Shown here piece after piece: positions 29,323-38,802 of a stretch of 64,000 bases of DNA. The DNA is from Hoeflea sp. (GTDB lineage Bacteria; Pseudomonadota; Alphaproteobacteria; Rhizobiales; Rhizobiaceae), in the NCBI RefSeq assembly GCF_051251555.1, contig NZ_JBPOEW010000013.1; one strand, written 5' to 3'. Position numbers and translations under genes: made by a program. Within the stretch, counting starts at the first letter, position 1; each line of letters opens with the position of its first letter. Under the pieces are notes generated by a model. It ran no database searches and had not been told where the DNA came from. It was given only the letters and a program-made list of their open reading frames with translations.

Positions 29323-32013
29323 TCAGGCAGCGAGATCGCGCAGAACGGTCTGCAAAATGCCGCCGTTCTTGAGGTAACCGAGTTCATCGAGCGTATCGAC
29401 GCGGCAGATCAGGGGAACTTCCTTGACCGTGCCATCGGCAAAGCTGATCGTAGCGGTCTTCTTCTCGCCAGGCTGCACATTGGCCAGCCCTTCGATTGAA
29501 ACCGTCTCGTCGCCCTTCAGGCCGAGGCTTTCCCAGCTTGTGCCGTCCTCAAAGACAAATGGGATGACACCCATGCCGACCAGGTTGGAGCGGTGAATGC
29601 GCTCGTAGGACTCAGCGATGACAGCGCGGACGCCGAGCAGATTGGTGCCCTTGGCAGCCCAGTCACGCGACGAGCCATTGCCGTATTCGGCACCGGCGAA
29701 GACGACCAGCGGCACGCCTTCGGCCTTGTACTGCATGGCCGCATCGAAGATCGAGATTTCCTCGCGGGACGGGTAGTGGAAGGTGTAGCCGCCTTCACGT
29801 CCGTTCGGCCCGAGCGTGTGGTTGCGCAGCCGGATGTTGGCGAAAGTGCCACGCATCATGACTTCGTGGTTGCCACGGCGTGTGCCGTACTGGTTGAAGT
29901 CCATCACGCCAACGCCATGATCCATCAGATAGGCGCCTGCTGGAGACTGGGCCTTGATCGAGCCCGCCGGAGAGATGTGGTCGGTGGTGATCTTGTCACC
30001 GAACAGACCCAGCACGCGCGCGCCCTTGATGTCGGAGATGCCGGCACCGGTCTTGCCCATGCCCTCAAAATAGGGCGGGTTCTGCACATAGGTGGAATTG
30101 TCGTCCCAGGCATAGGTCTGGCTTGACGGCACTTCGACGGCCTGCCAGTTCTCGTCACCCTTGAACACGTCGGCATATTTGGCCGCGTAGAGTGCGCGGG
30201 TGACGTATTTCATGATGAACTCCTGGATCTCCTTGGAAGAAGGCCAGATGTCCTTGAGGTAAACCGGGTTGCCGTCCTGGTCATCGCCGATCGGCTCGGT
30301 GGTCAGATCCTTCTGGACGGATCCTGCCAGCGCATAGGCCACAACCAGCGGCGGTGACGCCAGGTAGTTGGCCTGCACGTCAGGCGAGATGCGGCCTTCG
30401 AAGTTGCGGTTGCCCGACAACACGCCGGCGGCGATCAGACCCTTGTCGTTGATGGTCTTGGAGACCGGTGCCGGCAGCGGGCCCGAGTTGCCGATGCAGG
30501 TGGTGCAGCCGAAACCGACAAGGTTGAAACCGAGTGCATCGAGATCGTCCTGCAGGCCGGACTTGGCCAGATACTCGGCCACCACCTGGCTGCCGGGAGC
30601 CAGCGATGTTTTCACCCATGGCTTGGTCTTCAGGCCCTTGGCACGCGCGTTGCGGGCCAGAAGGCCGGCGCCGATGAGCACACTAGGGTTGGAGGTGTTG
30701 GTGCAAGAGGTGATCGCGGCAATGGCGACGTCGCCATGGCCCAGATCGTAGTCCTCGCCTTCAACCTGGTAGCGGTTATTGAGCTGATCTGGCTTCTTGT
30801 ATTCGTCTGCCAGCGACTTGGCGAAACCGGCAGCGATGCCTTCCAGCGGAATGCGGCCTTCCGGACGCTTCGGGCCAGCCATCGACGGCACAACGGAACC
30901 GAGATCGAGATCCAGCGTGTCGGTAAACACCGGGTCGGCCGCAGCGGTTTCGCGCCACATGCCCTGGGCCTTGGAATAGGCTTCGACCAGCTTGATGCGG
31001 TTTTCTTCACGGCCCGATATGGTCAGGTAGTTGATGGTTTCGCCATCAACCGGGAAGAAGCCGCAGGTGGCGCCGTATTCAGGGCCCATGTTGCCGATGG
31101 TGGCGCGGTCGGCCAGTGACATCGAATCAAGGCCGGGGCCGAAGAATTCGACGAACTTGGAGACAACGCCCTTCTTGCGCAGCATCTGCACCACGGTCAG
31201 CACCAGGTCGGTGGCGGTAACGCCTTCCTTGAGCGCGCCGGTGAGGCGGAAGCCGATGACTTCCGGCAGCAGCATCGAGATTGGCTGGCCGAGCATGGCC
31301 GCTTCGGCCTCGATCCCGCCAACGCCCCAGCCGAGAACGCCCAGGCCGTTGATCATGGTGGTGTGGCTGTCGGTGCCAACGCAGGTGTCGGGATAAGCGG
31401 TGATTTCGCCGTCTTCTTCCTTGGTCCACACAGTCTGGCCGAGATATTCAAGGTTGACCTGATGGCAGATGCCGGTGCCGGGGGGCACGACGCGGAAATT
31501 CTCGAACGCCTGCTGGCCCCACTTCAGGAAGCGGTACCGCTCGCCGTTGCGCTCATATTCACGCTCGACATTGTGCGACAGCGCCTGTGGTGTGCCGAAT
31601 TCATCGACGATGACAGAGTGGTCGATGACGAGGTCGACGGGGACCAGCGGGTTGATCTTCTGCGGATCGCCACCGAGCGCCACCATGGCGTCTCGCATCG
31701 CGGCCAGATCGACAACGGCGGGAACGCCGGTGAAATCCTGCATCAGCACGCGGGCCGGACGATAGGCGATTTCAGCGTCGGCCTTGCCCTTGTTGGTGAG
31801 CCAGGCGACGACGGCGAGAATGTCATCCTTCTTGACCGTACGGCCGTCTTCATTGCGAAGCAGGTTTTCGAGAATCACCTTCATCGAGAAGGGAAGCGTC
31901 GAAATCCCGGTCAATCCGTTCTTCTCGGCCTCGACGAGGCTGTAATAGACATATTCGGTGCCCTCGACATCGAGGACGGAACGGCAATTGAAGCTGTCGA
32001 GTGATTTGGCCAC
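29323..32013 (-). CDS. acnA: Aconitate hydratase AcnA
   Basis: '[20 protein letters not shown]', '[11 protein letters not shown]', '[12 protein letters not shown]', 'SRDWAAKG'. GTG start 32013. Confidence 0.98.
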   Translation of the reverse strand: MAKSLDSFNCRSVLDVEGTEYVYYSLVEAEKNGLTGISTLPFSMKVILENLLRNEDGRTVKKDDILAVVAWLTNKGKADAEIAYRPARVLMQDFTGVPAVVDLAAMRDAMVALGGDPQKINPLVPVDLVIDHSVIVDEFGTPQALSHNVEREYERNGERYRFLKWGQQAFENFRVVPPGTGICHQVNLEYLGQTVWTKEEDGEITAYPDTCVGTDSHTTMINGLGVLGWGVGGIEAEAAMLGQPISMLLPEVIGFRLTGALKEGVTATDLVLTVVQMLRKKGVVSKFVEFFGPGLDSMSLADRATIGNMGPEYGATCGFFPVDGETINYLTISGREENRIKLVEAYSKAQGMWRETAAADPVFTDTLDLDLGSVVPSMAGPKRPEGRIPLEGIAAGFAKSLADEYKKPDQLNNRYQVEGEDYDLGHGDVAIAAITSCTNTSNPSVLIGAGLLARNARAKGLKTKPWVKTSLAPGSQVVAEYLAKSGLQDDLDALGFNLVGFGCTTCIGNSGPLPAPVSKTINDKGLIAAGVLSGNRNFEGRISPDVQANYLASPPLVVAYALAGSVQKDLTTEPIGDDQDGNPVYLKDIWPSSKEIQEFIMKYVTRALYAAKYADVFKGDENWQAVEVPSSQTYAWDDNSTYVQNPPYFEGMGKTGAGISDIKGARVLGLFGDKITTDHISPAGSIKAQSPAGAYLMDHGVGVMDFNQYGTRRGNHEVMMRGTFANIRLRNHTLGPNGREGGYTFHYPSREEISIFDAAMQYKAEGVPLVVFAGAEYGNGSSRDWAAKGTNLLGVRAVIAESYERIHRSNLVGMGVIPFVFEDGTSWESLGLKGDETVSIEGLANVQPGEKKTATISFADGTVKEVPLICRVDTLDELGYLKNGGILQTVLRDLAA

Positions 32014-32309
32014 AGGCAACCCGCTTTCATGAGTTCGGCCGAACATTGAGGGCGAACACCTTGCACGCTGATCGCGTGAACAAGGATGCGGGTACGGTCA
32101 TTTCCGCTGTCCGCCCGTGATGCTTGGGGCATCATGTTCGGCGCTAGATTGAATTCACGCCGACCGCTGGCGTGGTTGCGGGCGTTATAGATAATTTCGT
32201 AAGAACGTGCCAGATCAACCAATGGCCCATTTCAATGTTTTTTTGGGTGGTTAGTTTTTATGGAAAGGGAGCGTCAGGTGCCGCCTGGCGGCCCGGGATG
32301 CGGGGGCCG

Positions 32310-32954
32310 ATGCGGGCAGTAGCCACAAAACTCAAGGGACGGCGGGGCGACAGCGTGTTGTTTGCCGATGTCAGCTTCACGCTCGAGCGCGGTGAAGTGC
32401 TTGTAATCACCGGACCTAACGGATCGGGAAAATCGACACTACTTCGAATTCTGGCAGGATTGCTGACTGCTGATTCGGGCGGTTTTGCCCTGCATGGCGA
32501 CGACGAGGCCGCGTTGCCGATTTCCGAATACGCCCACTATCTTGGGCATCGCAATGCCATGAAGCGCGAACTCAAGGTGTCCGAAAATCTCAATTTCTGG
32601 AAGAGCTTCCAGCCTGTGGACAACGGCGAAGGCCTGTCCATTGACGCGGCGATCGAGCAGGTCGGGCTGACCGGCGTGGGGCATTTGCCGTTCGGCTATC
32701 TCTCTGCGGGTCAGCAGCGACGGATTGCGCTGGCACGTCTGCTGGTCAGCGAGCGGCCATTGTGGCTGCTTGATGAGCCGACGGCAGCGCTCGACAAGCG
32801 GTCCGACAAGCTGTTTGCGGATCTGGTCGACCGGCACCTGGCCAAAGGCGGGCTGGCGATTGCGGCGACGCATCAGCCGCTGGGTCTCGAGACTGAGCGT
32901 TCGCTGGAATTGTCAGGCATCCATACCGTTGCCTCTGAGAGGACCTGGGCATGA
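32310..32954 (+). CDS. ccmA: Heme exporter ATP-binding protein CcmA
   Basis: 'GPNGSGKSTLLR', 'LSAGQQRRIALARL', 'LDEPTAALD'; first gene of the ccm cluster. Confidence 0.93.
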   Translation: MRAVATKLKGRRGDSVLFADVSFTLERGEVLVITGPNGSGKSTLLRILAGLLTADSGGFALHGDDEAALPISEYAHYLGHRNAMKRELKVSENLNFWKSFQPVDNGEGLSIDAAIEQVGLTGVGHLPFGYLSAGQQRRIALARLLVSERPLWLLDEPTAALDKRSDKLFADLVDRHLAKGGLAIAATHQPLGLETERSLELSGIHTVASERTWA

Positions 32955-33613
32955 TTGCGCTGCTCAAACGCGATCTGGCGATTGCCACCCGCTCGGGTGG
33001 AGCGGCCATGCTTGGCGTATTGTTCTTTCTGGCCGTGGTGGCGGTCATCCCGTTCGGGATCGGTCCGGATCTCAATCTCTTGGCGCGTATCGGACCGGCG
33101 ATCCTGTGGATCGGCGCTCTGCTGGCCTCGCTTTTAGGTCTCGACCGGCTGTTTCAGGCAGATCGTGAAGACGGCTCGCTCGATATTTTGATGATGCAGG
33201 ACTGGTTTTCGCTGGTGTTGACGGTTTTCGTCAAAAGCCTGGCGCACTGGCTTGCCACCGGGTTGCCGCTGGTGCTGGCAGCCCCGCTGCTGGGGCTGCT
33301 GATGAACATGAGCGCCACATCGACCGGTGCCGTGATGTTGACGCTGCTGGTCGGCACGCCGGCGATCTCCTTCATCGGGGCTGTGGGGGCTGCGGTGGCG
33401 GTGGTGCTGCCGCGCGGCGGGCTGCTGGTGTCGATCCTGATCCTGCCCTTGGCTATCCCGATCCTGATCTTCGGCGTCAGCGCATCCTATGCGGCGGTGA
33501 CCGATCCTGATCCGTTTTGGCCGCCCTTCATGATCCTGTCGGCAATTGCGCTGTTTTTCGCAACTCTCGGCCCGGTGGCGGCCGCTGCCGCGCTTCGGGG
33601 AGCGGCTGATTGA
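32951..33613 (+). CDS. ccmB: Heme exporter protein CcmB
   Basis: 'LFQADREDGSLD', 'LILPLAIPILIFG'. Confidence 0.95.
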   Translation: MIALLKRDLAIATRSGGAAMLGVLFFLAVVAVIPFGIGPDLNLLARIGPAILWIGALLASLLGLDRLFQADREDGSLDILMMQDWFSLVLTVFVKSLAHWLATGLPLVLAAPLLGLLMNMSATSTGAVMLTLLVGTPAISFIGAVGAAVAVVLPRGGLLVSILILPLAIPILIFGVSASYAAVTDPDPFWPPFMILSAIALFFATLGPVAAAAALRGAAD

Positions 33614-33657
33614 TTTGTCGCATTGAAACCGGACACGGCAAGGATTAGAAAAAGCCT

Positions 33658-34419
33658 ATGAGTGACACCATCATATCCCAGGGCTGGTTTACCAGCCTCG
33701 CCAATCCGACCCGCTTTCTCGCCCTTTCCGGGCGGATAATGCCGTATCTCGCGACCGCTGCGGTGCTGTCGCTGCTGATCGGGCTATACATGTCGTTTGC
33801 AGCGCCCGAAGATTATCAGCAGGGCATCACGGTCAGGATCATGTTCATCCATGTGCCGGCGGCGTGGCTTGCGATGATGTGCTATTCGGTGATGGCGATC
33901 GCCTCGATCGGCACGCTGGTCTGGCGGCATCCGCTGGCCGATGTGGCGGCCAAGACTGCCCTGCCGATCGGCGCGGCCTTTACCTTCCTGTCACTCTTGA
34001 CCGGCTCGCTGTGGGGCCGGCCGATGTGGGGCACCTGGTGGGTCTGGGATGCGCGGCTGACCTCGGTGTTCGTGCTGTTTCTGATGTATCTGGGGCTGAT
34101 GGCGCTGCACAAGGCAATGGATGATCCGGCCCGCGCCGCCCGTCCTGCCGCGGTGTTGACGCTGGTCGGCTTCATCAACATCCCGATCATCAAGTTTTCG
34201 GTCGAGTGGTGGAACACGCTGCACCAGCCGGCCAGCGTGATACGGCTTGACGGCCCGACCATTCACCCGACCATGCTCTATCCGCTCCTGGTGATGGCGA
34301 TTGCCTATACGCTGATCTTTTTCACCCTTCACCTGATGGCGATGCGCAACGAGATCCTGCGGCGCCGGGTGCAGGCGATGCGGCGGCAAGCTGCACAAGC
34401 AATCGGCGGTGGTGCCTGA
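33658..34419 (+). CDS. ccmC: Heme exporter protein CcmC
   Basis: WWD motif 'WGRPMWGTWWVWDARLTS'; 'HVPAAW'; 'WWNTLHQ'. Confidence 0.97.
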   Translation: MSDTIISQGWFTSLANPTRFLALSGRIMPYLATAAVLSLLIGLYMSFAAPEDYQQGITVRIMFIHVPAAWLAMMCYSVMAIASIGTLVWRHPLADVAAKTALPIGAAFTFLSLLTGSLWGRPMWGTWWVWDARLTSVFVLFLMYLGLMALHKAMDDPARAARPAAVLTLVGFINIPIIKFSVEWWNTLHQPASVIRLDGPTIHPTMLYPLLVMAIAYTLIFFTLHLMAMRNEILRRRVQAMRRQAAQAIGGGA

Positions 34420-34420
34420 C

Positions 34421-34591
34421 ATGATGAGCCATGAAGCTTTCGTTTTTCTGTCCTATGCGGCAACTGCATTGACGCTTTCAGGGCTGTTGGTCGGCATCCT
34501 GCTCGATGGTCGGGGGCGGCGGCGCGAGCTGGCCGAGCTCGAGGCGCAAGGGGTGCGGCGACGTTCCAGGCCTGCCGGCGGGGTCAAGTGA
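34421..34591 (+). CDS. ccmD: Heme exporter protein CcmD
   Basis: 56 aa, one TM then basic 'RRRELAELE'; between ccmC and ccmG. Confidence 0.85.
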   Translation: MMSHEAFVFLSYAATALTLSGLLVGILLDGRGRRRELAELEAQGVRRRSRPAGGVK

Positions 34592-35196
34592 TGAGTGACA
34601 ATTTCAACGAAGAAGCGGCCCCTGCAAACCGGCGGCGGCTGTGGATCGCCTACCTGCCTCTGGTGCTGTTTATCGCGCTGTCGGCCGTGTTTCTGTATCA
34701 GCTTGAATCCGGCAAGAATGCCAGCGATATTCCTTCGGTGCTGATCGGCACCAAGGCCCCATCACTGGACCTGCCTCCGCTCGAAGGCCTTGTCGACGAT
34801 GGCAAACCGGTTCCGGCGCTGACTGATGCCTCCATCAATGGCAAGCTGGCTCTGGTCAATGTCTGGGCTTCCTGGTGCGTCCCCTGCCGCCAAGAGCACC
34901 CGCTGCTTTTGGAATTGTCGCTCGATCCGCGGATCGAACTTGTCGGCATCAACTACAAGGACAAGACCGAAAACGCGATCCGGTTTTTAAACGAACTGGG
35001 CAATCCCTTCGCGGCCATCGGCGTCGATCCGGCCGGCAAGGCGACGATTGACTGGGGCGTTTACGGCATTCCCGAGACCTATCTTGTCAGCCCGGACGGC
35101 GAAATCCTGTTCAAGCAGATCGGCCCGTTCACCACCGAAAGCCTGCGCGACAAACTGCTGCCTGCGATTGAAAAGGCAATGTCGCAGGCGGGCTGA
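34588..35196 (+). CDS. ccmG: Thiol:disulfide interchange protein CcmG/DsbE
   Basis: 'NVWASWCVPCRQEHP', 'GINYKD', 'DWGVYGIPETY'. Confidence 0.95.
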   Translation: MMSDNFNEEAAPANRRRLWIAYLPLVLFIALSAVFLYQLESGKNASDIPSVLIGTKAPSLDLPPLEGLVDDGKPVPALTDASINGKLALVNVWASWCVPCRQEHPLLLELSLDPRIELVGINYKDKTENAIRFLNELGNPFAAIGVDPAGKATIDWGVYGIPETYLVSPDGEILFKQIGPFTTESLRDKLLPAIEKAMSQAG

Positions 35197-35266
35197 GCCG
35201 CTTTTCTCGAGCCCAAACGTGCAGCCACCCTCGCCATTACCGGGGCCGGGCACTATCATTGCCTGA

Positions 35267-35800
35267 ATGAGCACCGAGACACAATTTGACCGCCTGGTTC
35301 CTGTTGGCGACACCCATGAACGCGATGTCTGCAAAACCTGCGGTTTCGTCAATTACCAGAACCCGCGCATCGTGGTCGGCTCGGTGGTCCGGCATGAGGG
35401 CAAGGTGTTGTTGTGCCGCCGGGCCATCGAGCCGCGCCGCGGCTTCTGGACCGTGCCTGCGGGCTATCTCGAACTTAATGAAACGCCTGAAGACGGTGCC
35501 CGGCGCGAGGCGCGCGAAGAAGCGCTGGCCCATCTGAAACTCGGCGACTTGCTTGCCGTCTATTCGGTCCCGCATCTGAGCCAGGTGCAGCTGATCTGGC
35601 GCGCCGAGTTGCTGGATCCGGGTGCGGGTGCCGCATTGTTCGGTATTGGCGAAGAAAGCCTCGAAGTGGCGCTGTTTGACTGGGACGCTCTGCCGGTGGA
35701 CGAGATCGCCTTTCCAACGGTGCACTGGATGCTCGGCCACGAACGCGAGGTGCAGCGGCAGGGTTACCGCGGGCCGTTCTCCAATCCGGGGGTAAGGTAA
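35267..35800 (+). CDS. NUDIX hydrolase with N-terminal zinc ribbon
   Basis: 'VCKTCGFVNYQNP'; Nudix box 'AGYLELNETPEDGARREAREEA'. Confidence 0.9.
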   Translation: MSTETQFDRLVPVGDTHERDVCKTCGFVNYQNPRIVVGSVVRHEGKVLLCRRAIEPRRGFWTVPAGYLELNETPEDGARREAREEALAHLKLGDLLAVYSVPHLSQVQLIWRAELLDPGAGAALFGIGEESLEVALFDWDALPVDEIAFPTVHWMLGHEREVQRQGYRGPFSNPGVR

Positions 35801-35959
35801 AGGAACCTGTTTGGGCGGGAAGCAGTTGTTTGGCATTCATTGCTCTAAACACGCCCGTAATGGGTGGAGAGGTAGCCAGGCGGTAGTTGGAGAAAGTTCG
35901 GGTTGATCTAAGGGAGTGCCTATTTACGGTGTCTGTGATGGATGTGCAGCAACGCTTGT

Positions 35960-36853
35960 CTAACGCCGTACGGATGCTCCGTCCTTGGGGAATTCTTCTG
36001 CAAAAAATTTCATGAATTTACGCACTCTGGGTTCCTGATAGGCTTCCTTGGATGCGACAACCCACAGGCCGCTTCTTAGCTCATCATGGGTAAAACACCT
36101 GACCAGATCGGCCAGCGGATCTCCCTCCACGCAAGGGAGCAGACCGACGGCATCTTCTGTCCGCAACGACGATGACATTGTCACAACTGAATCCACCGTG
36201 CTTACAATTTTGGCAGGGTCCGCGAATTTATAAAGCCAGTTCATGACCTTCAAGGTTTCGACCATCGGTTCCGGGTAACTCAGCACCGGGTGCGAGGACA
36301 GTTCTTCGACAGATGCGGGCATTCCATGGTCTGCGAGATAGTGTTTGCTGCAATATATACCCCACCTGACGCTCGGTAGTTTTCTGACTATGAGCGTATC
36401 TCCCTCGATCGTATCGCGGGCGCGAATTGCCACATCTGCTTCGCCATCCTCAAGCGAGACGTAGGACTCTGCGGCATTGGTCTCAAAGAAAATATCAGGA
36501 TTGTGTTTCCTGAATTCTGACACCAGCGGCAAAACCCAGTGATTCATAACCGAGTGCGCCGCTGTGATTCTTATTTTTCCCAAAGATGCGCGGGCTAAAT
36601 GCTCGGCGCGCAAGGCAACGTTGTGCGCAGATGTTCCCATTTGCCCTGCAACATCGACCAGGGCACGTCCCTGTGCCGTCAACGAATAGCCGCGGGTGTC
36701 GCGCTCAAAAAGCGTCAGCTTCAAAGCCTGTTCGAGTGCCTGGATGCGTCTGCTGACGGTTGTCTGGTTCAGGCACAGTTTTCTGGATGCGGCAAGGGTA
36801 GAGCCCTCGTCAGCAACAGCAAGAAAAACGCGTATGTTGTCCCAGTCGAACAT
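35960..36853 (-). CDS. LysR family transcriptional regulator
   Basis: 'DWDNIRVFLAVADEGST.AA...NQTTVSRRIQALE'; 'EADVAIR'. Confidence 0.93.
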   Translation of the reverse strand: MFDWDNIRVFLAVADEGSTLAASRKLCLNQTTVSRRIQALEQALKLTLFERDTRGYSLTAQGRALVDVAGQMGTSAHNVALRAEHLARASLGKIRITAAHSVMNHWVLPLVSEFRKHNPDIFFETNAAESYVSLEDGEADVAIRARDTIEGDTLIVRKLPSVRWGIYCSKHYLADHGMPASVEELSSHPVLSYPEPMVETLKVMNWLYKFADPAKIVSTVDSVVTMSSSLRTEDAVGLLPCVEGDPLADLVRCFTHDELRSGLWVVASKEAYQEPRVRKFMKFFAEEFPKDGASVRR

Positions 36854-36874
36854 TGCTTCTCTCTATCAACTGTA

Positions 36875-36902
36875 TTCTGCACAACTGCAGAACCGTTCTG
36901 CA
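36875..36902. promoter_or_regulatory. Putative LysR operator (three alternating TTCTGCA half-sites)
   Basis: ttctgca (36875-81), tgcagaa (36886-92), ttctgca (36896-902) in the divergent promoter. Confidence 0.5.
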
Positions 36903-36975
36903 AGCGAAAAGCTATCACCATGTGGAGGCCGCTCTATCCTGAATGGGTCAGTTCAATCCAAACAGGAGAAAGATC

Positions 36976-37569
36976 ATGAGTATCTTAACGAAAGTTGCCA
37001 TTGCATTGTGCCTGTCCGCCGGTTTGACGACCGCTGTTGCCGCACAGAATGTCGATGACGTGATAGCCAACATCAAGAAAGCCACTGAAAAGTATAATGA
37101 CGTCAATGTTGCGCTGGCGGATGGATATATCCCAGATCCGTCGGGCCACTGTGTTTCAGCTGAAAAGGAGGGGTTGCCACCCGAGTGGGGAAGCATGGGC
37201 CTTCATTATCTCAACATGGCGGCATTGAAGATCACTGCCGGAGAACCGCGTGTCGATGGGCAGAGCACACACACTGACTTCATGAAACCGGCCATACTGT
37301 TGTATGAGCCGCAGGCAGACGGATCGCTGGAACTGGTGGGTGTTGAAAACCTTGTGTTTCAGAAGGCTTGGCATGCAGCCGGAAACAGCGAACCGCCTTC
37401 ATTCGAAGGCCGGGTTTGGGATGCCATGGCGGATGACCCGGCGACCGCGGCGGATGAAGCCCATATGTTTGAACCACATTTTGACCAGCACGTCTGGTTT
37501 CGCGAAAATCCGGCCGGAGCCCTTGTGCCGTTCAATCCAAACGTGACGTGCGAGCACCAAATGCAATAG
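36976..37569 (+). CDS. Secreted hypothetical protein with MGxHY / YEP / HxW motifs
   Basis: AGGAGA RBS; signal peptide ending 'AVA-AQ'; 'HCVS', 'SMGLHYLN', 'LLYEPQ', 'HFDQHVW', 'CEH'. Confidence 0.8.
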   Translation: MSILTKVAIALCLSAGLTTAVAAQNVDDVIANIKKATEKYNDVNVALADGYIPDPSGHCVSAEKEGLPPEWGSMGLHYLNMAALKITAGEPRVDGQSTHTDFMKPAILLYEPQADGSLELVGVENLVFQKAWHAAGNSEPPSFEGRVWDAMADDPATAADEAHMFEPHFDQHVWFRENPAGALVPFNPNVTCEHQMQ

Positions 37570-37590
37570 GGGTGACCTTTAGCGCCTTCA

Positions 37591-37638
37591 ATTGATGCAT
37601 GTCGCGTTCAAATCAACCCGTTGAACGCGACATTCAAT
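37591..37638. repeat. Strong inverted repeat (RIME-like arm or bidirectional terminator)
   Basis: atgtcgcgttcaa (37599-37611) / ttgaacgcgacat (37621-37633), perfect 13 bp. Confidence 0.55.
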
Positions 37639-37862
37639 AGGCTGCAACGCCTCACTTCACCGTCTCCTGGCCGTCGATAATTCTTCGCCGTGAGCGAATT
37701 TCAGAGGCCCGAATATCACTTTGCAGCATCGTTGATGCCATCGGATGCCCGAATTTGGCGGTCCTGGCGCCCGGCAATGTCGGCTTATAGCGCGTCGCAC
37801 ATATTCATTACCAATGCAGACTCCGGTAAATCTGGCTCAACCTGCCAATCGCTGCAGCCTGC

Positions 37863-38070
37863 TTATAAAGTCGAACCATGGGGCAACTGCGCCAGTGGGA
37901 AGACGATCGACACCGGCATGTTGCCCCAGACCTTGAAGGTGATCCAGAAGTCGGTGGAGAAACTGTGCCAGATGACTGCGTTGACCGCCGCCATCAGCAG
38001 GAAGAACAGGCCCCAGCGGAACGTAAGAATGAGCCAGCCATCGGCGCCGAGACGGATGGCGAAGGGGTAT
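37863..38070 (-). pseudogene. Orphan duplicated 3' fragment of ispZ/yciB
   Basis: Translates '...[61 protein letters not shown]', matching the ispZ C-terminus. 49 bp are identical (37914-37962 vs 40725-40773). No start codon before the upstream in-frame stop. Confidence 0.85.
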
Positions 38071-38233
38071 TCCGGGCCGTCCGGGAATGCGGGCCAGGGT
38101 TGTGGCGGTCTGCGGAGAACGGAAAATTGTTAAGACGAAGCGGACAAGTCAGGGGTGATGGCCGCGGGTGAGAAATGCTCTTCGGGACAACGCTGAGGTT
38201 GAAGCGAAGGCATCCAAGAATCAGCCCCCACAT

Positions 38234-38677
38234 CTATCGATGTTCTTTTGGCACCCAATCAGCTGGTGCTGCATTCCAGAAGCGGTTCGGATTGTCTTCA
38301 TCCAGACCGCGAATATGAACTGTCCGCAGGCAGGCCTCTACAAATACGACTGGTTCTTCATATGGATGGGCTGCATAAACGGCCTCAATAACCCGTGTGA
38401 CCAGTGCCTCATTGCTTTCGAGGAAGAATGAAAGCTCGACACAAGGCACTTCGACAACGGTTTTGGTAGCGGCATTTCGACCACTTCCCAGAGACCGGAA
38501 TTGCTGCACTCCTGCAGCAGTTTTGAATGTAACGCTGTCATAATCCCCATATTTCAAAGTGGCCTCTGCCAAAATGTGTTCCATGATTTTGGGCACGCTT
38601 TGATCGGGGCTCTGAACGGTAATACGATAGCCGTTTTCTTGAGTGAAACGCTTCGTCTCTAACACTGGAAGGGACAT
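38234..38677 (-). CDS. Stand-alone YqfO/NIF3-insert (PII/CutA-like fold) protein
   Basis: 'YGDYDSVTF...G.QQFRSL', 'VIEAVYAAHPYEEPVV' (HPYEEP motif); GGAGA RBS. Confidence 0.7.
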   Translation of the reverse strand: MSLPVLETKRFTQENGYRITVQSPDQSVPKIMEHILAEATLKYGDYDSVTFKTAAGVQQFRSLGSGRNAATKTVVEVPCVELSFFLESNEALVTRVIEAVYAAHPYEEPVVFVEACLRTVHIRGLDEDNPNRFWNAAPADWVPKEHR

Positions 38678-38802
38678 GTAAATCTCCGGTTGCTTCGCAC
38701 CTGGAGTACCTTACTTCAGGATGTTCGTATCGAAAAACCGTTTGCTATCGACCGAACTGTCGAGACTACGTGGCGTCTTTCAGCAGGTCACGGCGGTCTG
38801 GT

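Noticed and set aside
37690-38133. 147-aa + strand ORF
   Set aside because: Runs antisense across the ispZ fragment; no RBS or motifs. 37690-37860 may be decayed sequence but could not be assigned.
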